Shown here piece after piece: positions 1 through 11,696 of a stretch of 64,000 bases of DNA (the stretch's first letter is position 1; each line of letters starts with the position of its first letter). Where the stretch lies: NCBI RefSeq assembly GCF_031769215.1, contig NW_026782072.1, forward strand, positions 744,001-808,000, written 5' to 3'. A program made the position numbers and the translations under genes. Source of the stretch: Ylistrum balloti. Taxonomy: Eukaryota. The notes beneath the pieces were generated by a model, which saw only the letters and a list, made by a program, of their open reading frames with translations, had not been told where the DNA came from and did not search any database.

Positions 1-145
1 CAAGACATTTTGTGTACACATATGTATAAAAATGCCATGTTCTGAGACTTTGTATGTCATTATACTCAAAAACTGAACACAAATGTCCTTCCCTGAGACT
101 TTGTGTTTACACACATTATACTGTGAGACTAAGTGTGTACATTTA

Positions 146-655
146 ATGAGCTTTTGTGTATATAAATGCCATACTATGAGCTTTTGTGTATATAAATGCC
201 ATACTATGAGCTTTTGTGTATATAAATGCCATACTATGAGCTTTTGTGTATATAAATGACATACTATGAGCTTTTGTGTATATAAATGCCATACTATGAG
301 CTTTTGTGTATATAAATGACATACTATGAGCTTTTGTGTATATAAATGCCATACTATGAGCTTTTGTGTATATAAATGCCATACTATGAGCTTTTGTGTA
401 TATAAATGCCATACTATGAGCTTTTGAGCTTTTGTGTATATAAATGCCATACTATGAGCTTTTGTGTATATAAATGCCATACTATGAGCTTTTGTGTATA
501 TAAATGCCATACTATGAGCTTTTGTGTATATAAATGCCATACTATGAGCTTTTGTGTATATAAATGCCATACTATGAGCTTTTGTGTATATAAATGCCAT
601 ACTATGAGCTTTTGTGTATATAAATGCCATACTATGAGCTTTTGTGTGTATGTAA
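146..655. repeat. 30-bp minisatellite (atgagcttttgtgtatataaatgccatact), about 17 copies, in an androglobin intron
   Basis: Near-identical 30-bp units read directly; one short stutter at ~421; degenerate copies at 1-140. Explains ORFs 143..412, 406..735 and 414..749. Confidence 0.97.
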
Positions 656-2183
656 ATGTCAGCTCTGATATTTTATACATAAGGGTCATAATCTCATTAT
701 TATTTCCATTCCTTGTAGTTTGTAAAACTATTTGATATATAATGCTCATGTAATGTTTTAGACATCTAATTTAATTAGAAAACACTGTTTTAGTTCAAAC
801 TTTCAGTTTCGCATCTTTTTAGCAAATATCAATAATTTCTCACACACTTTCCTAGTCATATAAAAGTTTATATTCACATGAGTCATGCTTCAGGCTATTT
901 GATGATAATTTCTCTGTCAGTTTTCTTTGAAGAAAAATAAATACTTGCATGCATCTTCAATAAAACTTAGATTATATTTGTTTTTTATCAGTAAGCTTCA
1001 AACCACCTCCAAATGAAGACAGTAAGTGACTGTACATATAGTGATCGTACTAGGTGTTTTGTAGTCTTATATGAAGGTAAAAAAAGACCTTTAACTCAAT
1101 ATTGGTGAGCACAGTGCAATGGGGATTTATCTTAAGGTAGCAGAAGATGTTATATTTCTGTATACCCCATATTATGTATTATACTACTAAATATTAATTT
1201 TATATTATTTAGAATACAAGTGTTTTTAGATTTGTATTTTTAATTTTTTTACAAGGTATTAGAATTAATTAGCTGATGTACATGTATTCATATACCTAGA
1301 TACACAAGTATATATTTATCAATTTGTTTAGTGTATCAACATTTAACTTGGGAAGAAGGATTATCTTTAAGCTTGAGGTTATGGTGCATGCTTTACAAGT
1401 AAAATCACACATCCAGTATGATCACTGTCTGTGTATGTGTGATCAATCGAGCAACACTTCCACAGATGTGATTGGCTAGTAAGACTGGCCAATGGGTGCC
1501 CACGACACGCTTAAGTGTTGCACAACTTGACTGGACTATGTAATCTGACATGTTGGTACCCTATCACAATGCACTCAACACAATTTATCACCACAGCATG
1601 TATCACTCAGACATAAGTTTCTGACTTACATATCCAGTTCAGTTCATAATCGTTTTTATATTTGTGTGTGTAAAAACAAATTTCTGTAGAAATATGTTTT
1701 CAATTTTTTTTCAGTTGCATTTTAATTGCAAATAACTGTTTAAGTTTACCTAAAATATCTGTTTATTTTGGGGAGGATTAAAACTCTGTAAGCAGATATT
1801 TTTGATGGCTTGGTTGAAAGTTTTATTTTTCATTTACTTTTATATTTGATATGAATTTTGCACACGATATAGTTTATCTTATTTCAGATTGTCTTGTGGT
1901 TTTTCGTAGAACTTGAGAACTTTATCTTTTTGTATCAAGTTGGTGATATCTTCTTGTATTGATCATGATTTTACTTTTGTAACATAATCTTACTATTTGT
2001 CCCTTTGATATTAATGATAAGTAACTAGTTGAATCCAGCTGTTTAGTTTTTTTTGCACTTTCTTATATGTGCTTCCATCCAAAAATATACATTTTAGGTA
2101 AACTTTCCATGTATAACTGTTTTTGAAGATAACGATGATCAGGTGTTACTTGTGTAACTAATAAACCAGTACTTTATCTCCAG

Positions 2184-2398
2184 TTGCCAATAAAGACAGG
2201 CCACCATCTCCCCCCAAACAGGAGAAGGCTCCTGCGACATCTAGTAGCTCCCAGAAGGGAGGGAAAGGTGGAAAGACAGACAAGAAAGGAGGGAAGGACA
2301 AAGATAAGGATCAGAAGGGATCAAGACCTCCATCTCAAGCATTTGACATGACCAAGCCCCACTGGACACTACGAGTGGTCAGCGATGCCAGCTCTTTT
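2184..2398 (+). CDS. ADGB: Androglobin C-terminal region, internal exon (ANKDRPPSPPKQEK...FDMTKPHWTLRVVSDASSF)
   Basis: ctccag acceptor, gtaagt donor, ends in phase 0. KPHWTLRVVS resembles the KPYWILRLV motif that precedes KKDTERADEIRAMK in vertebrate androglobin. Confidence 0.85.
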
Positions 2399-2479
2399 GT
2401 AAGTATAGGACATACAGTGTGGTATTTTATCTGAATGCAGACTTATTTTATGGGTAATTAGTTCCTATACATGGTATAG

Positions 2480-3592
2480 CCATGTAATCAGGCAGATAGG
2501 ATGGTACAAAACTATTTAATGAGGAAGATGGTACATAAACCATGTAATCAGGCAGATAGGATGGTACAAAACTATTTAATGAGGTAGATGGTACATAAAC
2601 CATGTAATCAGGCAGATAGGATGGTACAAAACTATTTAATGAGGTAGATGGTACATAAACCATGTGACCAGGCAGATGGGATGGTACAAAACTATTTAAT
2701 GAGGTAAATGGTACACCAACCATGTAATCAGGCAGACGGAATGGTACAAAACTATTTAATGAGGTAGATGGTACACCAACCATGTAATCAGGCAGACGGA
2801 ATGGTACAAAACTATTTAATGAGGTAAATGGTACACCAACCATGTAATCAGGCAGACGGAATGGTACAAAACTATTTAATGAGGTAGATGGTACACCAAC
2901 CATGTAATCAGGCAGACGGAATGGTACAAAACTATTTAATGAGGTAGATGGTACATAAACCATGTGATCAGGCAGACGGAATGGTACAAAACTATTTAAT
3001 GAGGTAAATGGTACACCAACCATGTAATCAGGCAGACGGAATGGTACAAAACTATTTAATGAGGTAGATGGTACATAAACCATGTGACCAGGCAGATGGG
3101 ATGGTACAAAACTATTTAATGAGGTAAATGGTACACCAACCATGTAATCAGGCAGACGGAATGGTACAAAACTATTTAATGAGGTAGATGGTACACCAAC
3201 CATGTAATCAGGCAGACGGAATGGTACAAAACTATTTAATGAGGTAAATGGTACACCAACCATGTAATCAGGCAGACGGAATGGTACAAAACTATTTAAT
3301 GAGGTAGATGGTACACCAACCATGTAATCAGGCAGACGGAATGGTACAAAACTGTTTAATGAGGTAAATGGTACACCAACCATGTAATCAGGCAGACGGA
3401 ATGGTACAAAACTATTTAATGAGGTAAATGGTACACCAACCATGTAATCAGGCAGACGGAATGGTACAAAACTATTTAATGAGGTAAATGGTACACCAAC
3501 CGTGTAATCAGGCAGACGGAATGGTACAAAACTATTTAATGAGGTAAATGGTACACCAACCATGTAATCAGGCAGACGGAATGGTACAAAAC
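2480..3592. repeat. 60-bp minisatellite, about 19 copies, intronic
   Basis: Unit ccatgtaatcaggcagacggaatggtacaaaactatttaatgaggtagatggtacaccaa repeats in register with the 60-nt lines. The 371-aa minus-strand ORF is its read-through. Confidence 0.98.
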
Positions 3593-3792
3593 CATGTACC
3601 TGACATGCAATTGTGTTTTAGACAAACCATATAAAGTATTTGTATCAAGGATAGGAGCAGGTGTACCTTGACAATTCATAACCAGAAAAATTATACAACT
3701 AGCCAATATATACTACAACCAGGTTCAGAGTTTACTTAACTTAAAATATACATACCAACTGATCTCAGTAATGTTTGGATTTGTGTTACCAG

Positions 3793-3888
3793 GAGGACAT
3801 TGAGGTGAAAAAGGACACAGAGCGTGCTGATGAGATACGAGCCATGAAGAAAGCATGGGAGAATGCTGAGCCAGGCCGAGCTGCCAAG
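3793..3888 (+). CDS. ADGB: Androglobin exon (EDIEVKKDTERADEIRAMKKAWENAEPGRAAK)
   Basis: AG/GT boundaries, phase 0/0. KKDTERADEIRAMKxAWExxEPGRA is the conserved androglobin C-terminal motif as recalled from the vertebrate protein. Confidence 0.93.
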
Positions 3889-4042
3889 GTATGGATTGAT
3901 TTTTGTTGGGCTGTTCTGTAATAACTGAGTTTACAAAAAATAAAGATTGAAATTGTATAGAAATGCATCTTAGAAGAAAATGGAAAGCATGTAAATTGTA
4001 GATTTAAAGCAGAATTACATATGCTCCCATTGACCATTTCAG

Positions 4043-4278
4043 GCTCTCCAGTCTCGCCTCAAGTACCTAAACACTCACCTGATCAAACTTCACCCAGACA
4101 AGGATGAAGAAGAGGTGAAGGAAGGTGAAGAAAAACCCGAGTCAGAGGCAGAGATCCCACCCCCTCAGACCCCTCTCTCTATGCATGAAGACAAGGAGGA
4201 GATTCTCACCCTGGAGCCACCACCACCACCCACACCCAAAGAGATCCTTCCTCCTTTGGATATCACTCCCTTCCTCAG
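4043..4278 (+). CDS. ADGB: Androglobin exon (ALQSRLKYLNTHLIK...LPPLDITPFLR)
   Basis: catttcag acceptor, gtcagt donor, phase 0/2; frame continuous with both neighbours. Confidence 0.88.
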
Positions 4279-4520
4279 GTCAGTTTATACCTGGGTAACC
4301 TTCCCCTATACCCAAACAAACCCAAACAGACATTCCTTCTGTGGGATGTCACTCAATTCCTCAGGTCAGTATGTACCTGGGTAATCTTCCCCTATACCCA
4401 AACAAACCCCGAACAGACATTCCTTCCCTGTTCCTCAGAACGATGTACGCTATAATATTCTCAGGAAGATTTAGTGTCATTATGGCAACAAGTTTCTAAA
4501 CAGAAGAAAATATTTTACAG

Positions 4521-4704
4521 GAAGGCGAATGGAGAGCCACGATACCTGGATGAAGATGAGATCCAGCGGCGAGAGGAAGAGAACAAACGACAGGTGGAAG
4601 AGTACAAGGCCTTCAGGGAACAAGTGAAGAATTGGAGGGAACAAGATAAACTGATGAGGAACAACATCAAGATCAAACAGCTGGAGCAGTGTGAGGACCT
4701 ACAG
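4521..4704 (+). CDS. ADGB: Androglobin exon, coiled-coil (KANGEPRYLDEDEIQRREEENK...LEQCEDLQ)
   Basis: ttttacag acceptor, gtgggt donor, phase 2/0; the split codon AG+G gives Arg. Confidence 0.9.
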
Positions 4705-5349
4705 GTGGGTGTGGTCGTTATAACATGTCTACTAGGTGTTCTTTATTCTCCACACAATCCTTGATCCTCTAGACTTTTATCTTCTCATGAAATACCCTTA
4801 ATAACAATCACTTGAGTTTTAAAGCTAGGTACACTGCCTGTTTGCTGTGAGAGGAACAACTTATTTATTTAATAGCTAGAAATAGTTCTTTTTTGCCATG
4901 ATATCGTGTATTTTATTCTTTAATTTGCTGTTTTTATATATGTGTCCTATAATTCTGGTTATTAATCTACAGCTTGCAGATTTATTTTCAGACAAGAAAT
5001 GTTTCTAGTGCAAAATATAAAATCACTGAAGTTAATTGTGCTGATTATTCATCCTAGTAAATAGTTTATGTAGTTAGATTAGGCCTTGGATGTGTGGATT
5101 TCTAGCTAGTGACTTACTAAAGTCAAGAGATCGGTCTTGTTTCTGTATACATGGAAAAGTATGCATGTGGAAAATTTACACTAAATACACAAAAGTCATT
5201 CGGCTGAATAAATTTTACCCACATGCATTAATTTGTGACGCATTATGTACATATACCGGTAGGTCCACTGATTGTATAAATAACCCCCACCTATGTATGC
5301 CTGTCTAAATTGCAAAAATTGAGCCCCTTAAGAAACAACCATATTCACA

Positions 5350-5600
5350 GTAGTTAGGATTTCTAGCTTGTGACTTACAAAAGTCACAGGATAGAGTCTT
5401 GTTGATTTGGGTTTCTAGCTAGTGACTAAAAGAAGTTGAGGGATGGAGTCACGTTAGTTTGGAGTTCTAGCGAGTGACTTTAAATAATTCAGAGGATGGA
5501 GTCACGTTAGTTTGGATTTCTAGCCAATGACTTAAAAGAATTCAAAGGATGGAGTCACGTTAGTTTGGGTTCCTAGCCAGTGACTTAAAGAAGTCGAGGG
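5350..5600. repeat. Degenerate 53-bp tandem repeat (ggatggagtcacgttagtttgg..ctagc..gtgactt)
   Basis: Core recurs at 5441, 5494 and 5547; a related copy lies near 5090-5140. Confidence 0.8.
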
Positions 5601-6087
5601 AGAACACAGGCTTACACAGCTGTCAAATAAGAACACTTGTTTTGTACACTACTTTTTACAATTCACTTAGATCTGGATCGACTCTTTAACTGTAGTCTGT
5701 CAGGGTCACTGTAAACATAGCAGTAAGTTATCTTAATCTAAAGTCTTTTTTTATTGTTACTTGCTTATCAATATTTCAAACATGTATATCAGTGCTATTT
5801 CTGTGAATATATCTAACCACAATCATGGTTAGAAAAATTTGTGTCTATAATGATAAAGAAATGTTTACTGCAAATATACTTTGGAATGTTGAATCTAAAA
5901 CAGATTGGTAGAAACACTATTATGCAGATATTTATCTCAGGTCTTGGGTTTGGTAATTGAAAACTTTGTTTTGTCATTAGAAATTTTTCATGATAGCAGG
6001 AACTTGCTTTAGTTCTGTTTAGATTCTGTGTGCTGTGCTTTTCTTCAAATAATCTCTTCCTTGTTTTTTACTCCTTTTCCATTCTAG

Positions 6088-6189
6088 GAATGTCTTGACG
6101 ATGAAAGAGATGCCTTTCAACTTGCTCGTGAACAATATCGACAGAAATTTATTATACAGAGAAAACGCAGCAAATTGTCTGCCAAGTAG
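6088..6189 (+). CDS. ADGB: Putative alternative terminal exon of androglobin (ECLDDERDAFQLAREQYRQKFIIQRKRSKLSAK*)
   Basis: Long pyrimidine tract ending ttctag; phase 0 matches the 4704 donor; 10 of 27 ungapped identities to the start of the 7496 exon; AATAAA at 6873. Confidence 0.7.
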   Translation, partial: ECLDDERDAFQLAREQYRQKFIIQRKRSKLSAK

Positions 6190-7495
6190 AAATTGTTAGT
6201 TTGTGTATGATATTATAGCGGACATGAAACCAGGTCTAACAGAGATAATCTTAAGTATCTCTCATCAGACTTAGTGTAGTTTGCTTGTAGATTTAGATAT
6301 GGTGAGAGTTTGTGTGAATTCAAATTTCGGGCGTTTTGAGACTGGATAGTTTTCATTTTTGGTGGATGTGTTAATCATGTTTTAATTTGGGCATTGGAAA
6401 GTTATTTTACATTTCAGTGTTTGATGTTTTTTATTTTTTTGTTTTTTTTTTAATTACATGATTTACTGGTGAATATGGTATAACAACATGATAATATGTA
6501 CATATTCATGTTTTTTTATCACATCAAAAGAAAGTATAACCAGGTTATAAAGTTACCATTAGGATTCTGATAAATTGTGTCCTTGGTCTGTTTGAGTGCC
6601 TCCCCTTTAACAACTCCTTCACGTTTTACTAACATCTTTTTATGTTTTGTTTTACAGATTCACATGCCACTGTATTTACATGAGTAGATATACAGCATGT
6701 TTCACATTTTGTCTAGCAGGCTTCTGTTATTGTAATGTACACATGTTGATAACAGTTATACTTTTGTTACTCTGGGCTTCTGTACTTCACAGTAGCGTAG
6801 CAGCATGTGTACATTCATTAATGTTAATACATATGTACAATGTGTTCCTCTGAGAATCATTTTAATGTATCAAATAAATTTAAAGAACTTTATCATAAAG
6901 AGACAGCATGCATTTTTTTCTGAAAAGAAAATTGTTTTATTGTTAAGATAAAAGTCGTGCTGAAATAATTCCTTAGTCAAGCTATATCTCAATGGAGCTC
7001 ATTGTTAATGTATTTCATTGTTCTTCAAAGCCATGACGATATAGTTTCAGTTTATGCTGATCCTGAACACAGAATTGAAATATGAAATATTGGATATGTA
7101 ACACACTTTAAAGAGGAACTTCTGAAAAATTACTTTATATACAATAGACAACAGGTGTTTATGGAAAAATAAATCAAAATATAAATTTGAATGAATGTTG
7201 TATTAAACAAACAGAATACAGAAAGACATGCAGTATCTATAATGTATAATTTTACCTTTAATATACTTACAAAGGAAAAAATGAAAAACCATGTTTATTT
7301 TTCCATTTTTTCCCTTCAGTTTTCCAGATAAAGAAAACAGCTTATATTTGCCTGTAAATTACTACATAAAAAGTACTACAAAGAAATGTTGATACTGACA
7401 ATATATTTATTATCATCAGGTCTAACGTTGTATACTATCTGTGTAGGCTGTCATTGTGTTTCATACTAGGACACACTTATTTCTCTGTTGTACAG

Positions 7496-7702
7496 GCCAT
7501 GTTGGACTCTGCCAGGGAAGGAATAAATAAACCTAGAGAGGCTTTCCGACAAAAGTTCCTTGATGAAGAACGCAGGAAACAGGAAGCTGAGGCTGAGAAG
7601 GAGGCTGCAATGGCAGCAGAGGTCACCTCAAAATCACCAAAGGGTAGAAACAAGAGTGCAAAAGGAGCAAAAAGTCCAGGGGGTGGTAAAAAGAAGAAAT
7701 GA
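7496..7702 (+). CDS. ADGB: Androglobin terminal exon (AMLDSAREGINKPREAFRQKF...GGGKKKK*)
   Basis: tacag acceptor, phase 0, TGA at 7700-7702. The LDxAR...REx(F/Y)RxK segment and lysine-rich end match the androglobin C-terminus. Confidence 0.92.
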   Translation, partial: AMLDSAREGINKPREAFRQKFLDEERRKQEAEAEKEAAMAAEVTSKSPKGRNKSAKGAKSPGGGKKKK

Positions 7703-7857
7703 TGAGGACATCAAAATAGGATAAACAAATGTACTATGAGGTCTTTCATTTCAAGTAGCATTTGAAAATGTTGCTATCTTAACTAACTTATCAAAGAAAA
7801 AGGGATTTCATTCAGCTGTTGTGTGTCTTTCTTTATTGATCTTTCAATCAGATTATA

Positions 7858-8296
7858 TTGTGTACACTGACTGTACATCTCTCTGTGGACATTAATAGTA
7901 CATCTTGTTGTACTTTGTACACTGACTGTACATCTCGCTGCGTACACTGACTGTACATCTCTCTGCGTACACAGACTGTAAATCTCACTGTGTACACTGA
8001 CTGTAAATTTCTCTGTGTACATTTACTGTACATCTCGCTGTGTACACTGACTGTACATCTCACTGTGTATACTGACTGTACATTTCTCTGTGTACATTTA
8101 CTGTACATCTCGCTGTGTACATTGACTGTACATCTCTCTGTGTACACAGACTGTACATTTCTCTGTGTACATTACTGTACATCTCTGTGTACACAGACTG
8201 TACATTTCCCTGTGTACACAGACTGTACATCTCACTGTGTACACTGACTGTACATCTCTCTGTGTACACTGACTGTACATCTCTCTGTGCACACTG
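7858..8296. repeat. 25-bp minisatellite (tgtacactgactgtacatctctctg) just after the androglobin stop codon
   Basis: Tandem units with small variants; explains ORFs between 7783 and 8297. Confidence 0.93.
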
Positions 8297-9769
8297 AGCC
8301 TACATCTACCTGTATATGCTGATTGACAACTTTTGGGTAGTGTTACCCTATACCTTAGATAAGAAACTGCAGCAGTTGTTTGAAAACAAATGATATTTAA
8401 ATATATGTATTATATGCATATCTGTGATAAACGCACAAAGTGCAGTTTAATAAATTCACTGTACATATGAATGTTTAATATATTAAAGAAATGTTTTGTT
8501 CACTTGACCAAATCAAGCATGAAAATGCCCTACCAATAAAAAACATATCAGTTGTATCATACAACAGTGAATTCTAGCCCAGGTGTAGATTGTGTCCTAT
8601 AGCTGATAAACTGACTGTTGTGAGGCTTTTGGTAATTCTATTGACTTCACCTTCATATGGCTTATGTATAAACAATCCTTTTGACTGCTATTGTAGATAT
8701 GGCTTATGTATCAACATTCCTTTTTACTGCTATTTAAGATATGCATAAATATGTATTATATAGAATAAATGCATATTACAAGTGCTGTGTTATTTTTACA
8801 CCTCAAGTGTTACTTCTTCTTTTAGCTGACTGACATAATAATTACTTTTATTCATTTTACATTTTAAATTATATATTGATGATGATATAATCCGTGGAAT
8901 ATATTTAAGGCATTGAATACTTCTTTTAACTAAATGTATTGCTGGAAATCTGTTCTTTACATTTTAGATATAATAGATATCAAAATGGTTTGTTGACCAT
9001 AATTAAAAACGTCTCAGTTTTTATTCCAATGTATATCCAAAGTTGATGATACACAGTTAATTGTCCGAGATCAATCCGTCCTTCCACTGGTTCAAACCGA
9101 TCACAAGTGGCCCTTACGTAATGTCCGTCCTGCCCCGTATACATGTCTCGTCACTGTTGTCACCTACATGTTGTCAATGTATCTTTATGTGGAAGAAGAT
9201 TTTTGCATCGTCAAATTATATTTTTGTAGGATGTTCAATTTCATTCCACCTTCTACTCAAATAAATAATCTTTTTTATATCTTTCTTTTTGTTGTATTAC
9301 AGAAATGGGATGCAAGCTTCTAGTACAAAACTATTTTCCACTTTGTGAAATTGATAATAATTTATACAAAAAAAAGCTTCTGGTTTTCTCTGTTTGTTTA
9401 TTACTTAACACATTTTGAATATGTTTAACATTAATGAGTTTACTGTTTTTAGAAATAGGGATATCTTCATATTGTCACAGATGTTGTAGAAACATTTCTA
9501 TATAAAATCTACACACAGGTTTACACTGCATCAGGTCAAAACCTCTGTCTCTATGCCACAACAAAGTTTTATTATATTTGTAAAAAAAAATATTCATATA
9601 TCTGTTGACAGCAATGTACCATAAAAAGTCTACAATAAATTATTAAATGTGTCAAAACATTATCTTTGTTTTTATTCAAGTACTTTTACTTGATATTGTT
9701 GGTTTCAAATTACAGTTAATTAACCGTTATTGACAAGATAAGGCTAAATACACATTATATCATGCCATT

Positions 9770-10210
9770 GACATGGTCTTTCTTGACATATCAGACACAA
9801 CATTGACAAAGTCTTGCTTGACATGATTGACACACACCATTGACAGGATCTTATTTGACACATTGGACACAATCATTGACAAGGTCATTCTGGAATGTTT
9901 GGTACAAACCAATGAAAAAATATTCCTTGACATATTTGATGCTTACCATTGTAAAAACATTCTTTATTTGACACACATCACTGACAAGGTCTTGTTTACA
10001 TATTAACACACACTATTGACAAGGTCTTGTTTGACATTTGACAAACACCATTGACAATGACTTGATATTTTTGATACACACCATTGAGAAGATATTCCTT
10101 GTCATATTTAACACGCATCTTTGACAAAATTTGGACGGACGTCTTTGATACACCTAGTGACAAGAACTTGTGTGACTTATTTGATAATACTGGCAATGTC
10201 TTGCTTGGCA
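9770..10210. repeat. Old degenerate ~33-bp tandem repeat (ttgacaaggtcttgtttgacac..)
   Basis: Recurrent ttgaca...ttgaca cores with heavy divergence. Confidence 0.65.
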
Positions 10211-10619
10211 TGCAATACATGGAATTGAAAATTCATGACAAGAGAAATGAAAATAGGGACATCTGCTATTATGTTACAATTAGTTATATCATAAGTAAAG
10301 TTTTATTGAAGCAAGCGACTGGCTTCAAGTTATGTTCATACAATGACATTGTAGATTTTCTTGAAAATTCAATGTAAAATGGAAGATTTTGTCTGGTTCG
10401 GTCCTTGCATGAAAACAGTCTGCCTATGGGTAGACAGACATATACTAATCATTTTTTTTTCTTCTATCAAACTCAAAAGTATGGATGCTCCTGGATCTTC
10501 TAACATTGGAACATATGGGAGGAAGGGTAGACATAAGATTAGCAATAATATTGACGATCTCAATCGATCTGAACTCCCCCAACATGAAAGTATAGGGGAA
10601 AAAAGAGGTCACTTATAGA

Positions 10620-11460
10620 ACAACACGAAACAGGTTAATGCCAGTCCAAGTATAGAGCAACATGGGGCCGGGTATAGAGCTACCGGAGGACAGGTACAGG
10701 GCAACAAGGAACAAGGTATACGATAATGACAGGCCAAGTATAGTGAAACAGGGTGCCGGGTACAGGGCAACAAGGAACAAGGTATACGATAATGACAGGC
10801 CAAGTATAGTGAAACAGGGTGCCGGGTACAGGGCAACAAGGAACAAGGTATACGATAATGACAGGCCAAGTATAGTGAAACAGGGTGCCGGGTACAGGGC
10901 AACATGAAGACAGGTACAGGGCAACAAGGAACAAGGTATACGATAATGACAGGCCAAGTATAGTGAAACAGGGTGCCGGGTACAGGGCAACAAGGAACAA
11001 GGTATACGATAATGACAGGCCAAGTATAGTGAAACAGGGTGCCGGGTACAGGGCAACAAGAGGAGATGTACAGGGCAACAATAAACAAGGTACAAGGTAA
11101 TTACAAACCAAATACAGTCCAACAAGGGGCCGGGTAAAAGGTAACAATAGGGCACATACGGGGCAACAAGATACCAGGTATACGGTCATGACTGGCCAAA
11201 TATAGTGCAACAAAGTGCTTGGTATAGGGTTACAGGCGGACAAGTATACGGCAACACGAAACAGGGTATACAATAATGACAGGACAAATATAGTACAACA
11301 AGATGCCGGGTATACAGTAATGACTGGCCAAATATAGTGCAACAAAGTGCTTGGTATAGAGCAATAAGAAGTCAATTATACGGCAACAAGGGTCTGGATA
11401 TACAGTTGTAACACACCAAATGTAGTGCAACAAGGCGCCAGGTAAAGGGCAACAACGCGA
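10620..11460. repeat. 66-bp minisatellite with degenerate flanks
   Basis: Core period 66 bp (22-aa repeat RATRNKVYDNDRPSIVKQGAGY in the ORF track); homogeneous at 10690-11060, decaying outward. Confidence 0.92.
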
Positions 11461-11650
11461 TAGATATAAGCCAAGGACACTAAAATAAGCTCTTTAGACA
11501 CATTTCAACGAACGCCTACGGTCATTGGGTAAACCATGTAAAACCTCCCACGGGAAGTAGTGTCATTGCTTATTTTATTAACGACTTCTCATTGGTGAAT
11601 GTGGCCCTTCTTACTTAGATTGGCCAATATTTACATAGAGATTGTCATCA

Positions 11651-11696
11651 ATGAAGCAGACGACACTAACCCTTCCGGAACATCTGGTATCATTCT
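11651..11696 (+). repeat. Short dispersed-repeat fragment, shared with 21068-21112
   Basis: atgaagcagacgacactaacccttccggaacatctggtatcattct aligns by eye with atgaagcagaagatgctgctcttccagaacacctggtcttattct; probably the end of a common interspersed element. Confidence 0.5.

Noticed and set aside
2448-3563. 371-aa minus-strand ORF of 20-aa repeats
   Set aside because: Read-through of a 60-bp intronic minisatellite; no flanking gene structure, and it is antisense within an androglobin intron.
6160-6189. SKL peroxisomal signal in the alternative androglobin exon
   Set aside because: SKL is internal (…SKLSAK*), and PTS1 must be the last three residues.
6225-6275. Minus-strand CTGATGAG followed by a stem, resembling a hammerhead ribozyme core
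   Set aside because: The required GAAA after stem II and the closing stems are missing.
10609-11433. Several overlapping Cys/Leu/Tyr-rich ORFs up to 231 aa
   Set aside because: Products of the 66-bp minisatellite in multiple frames.
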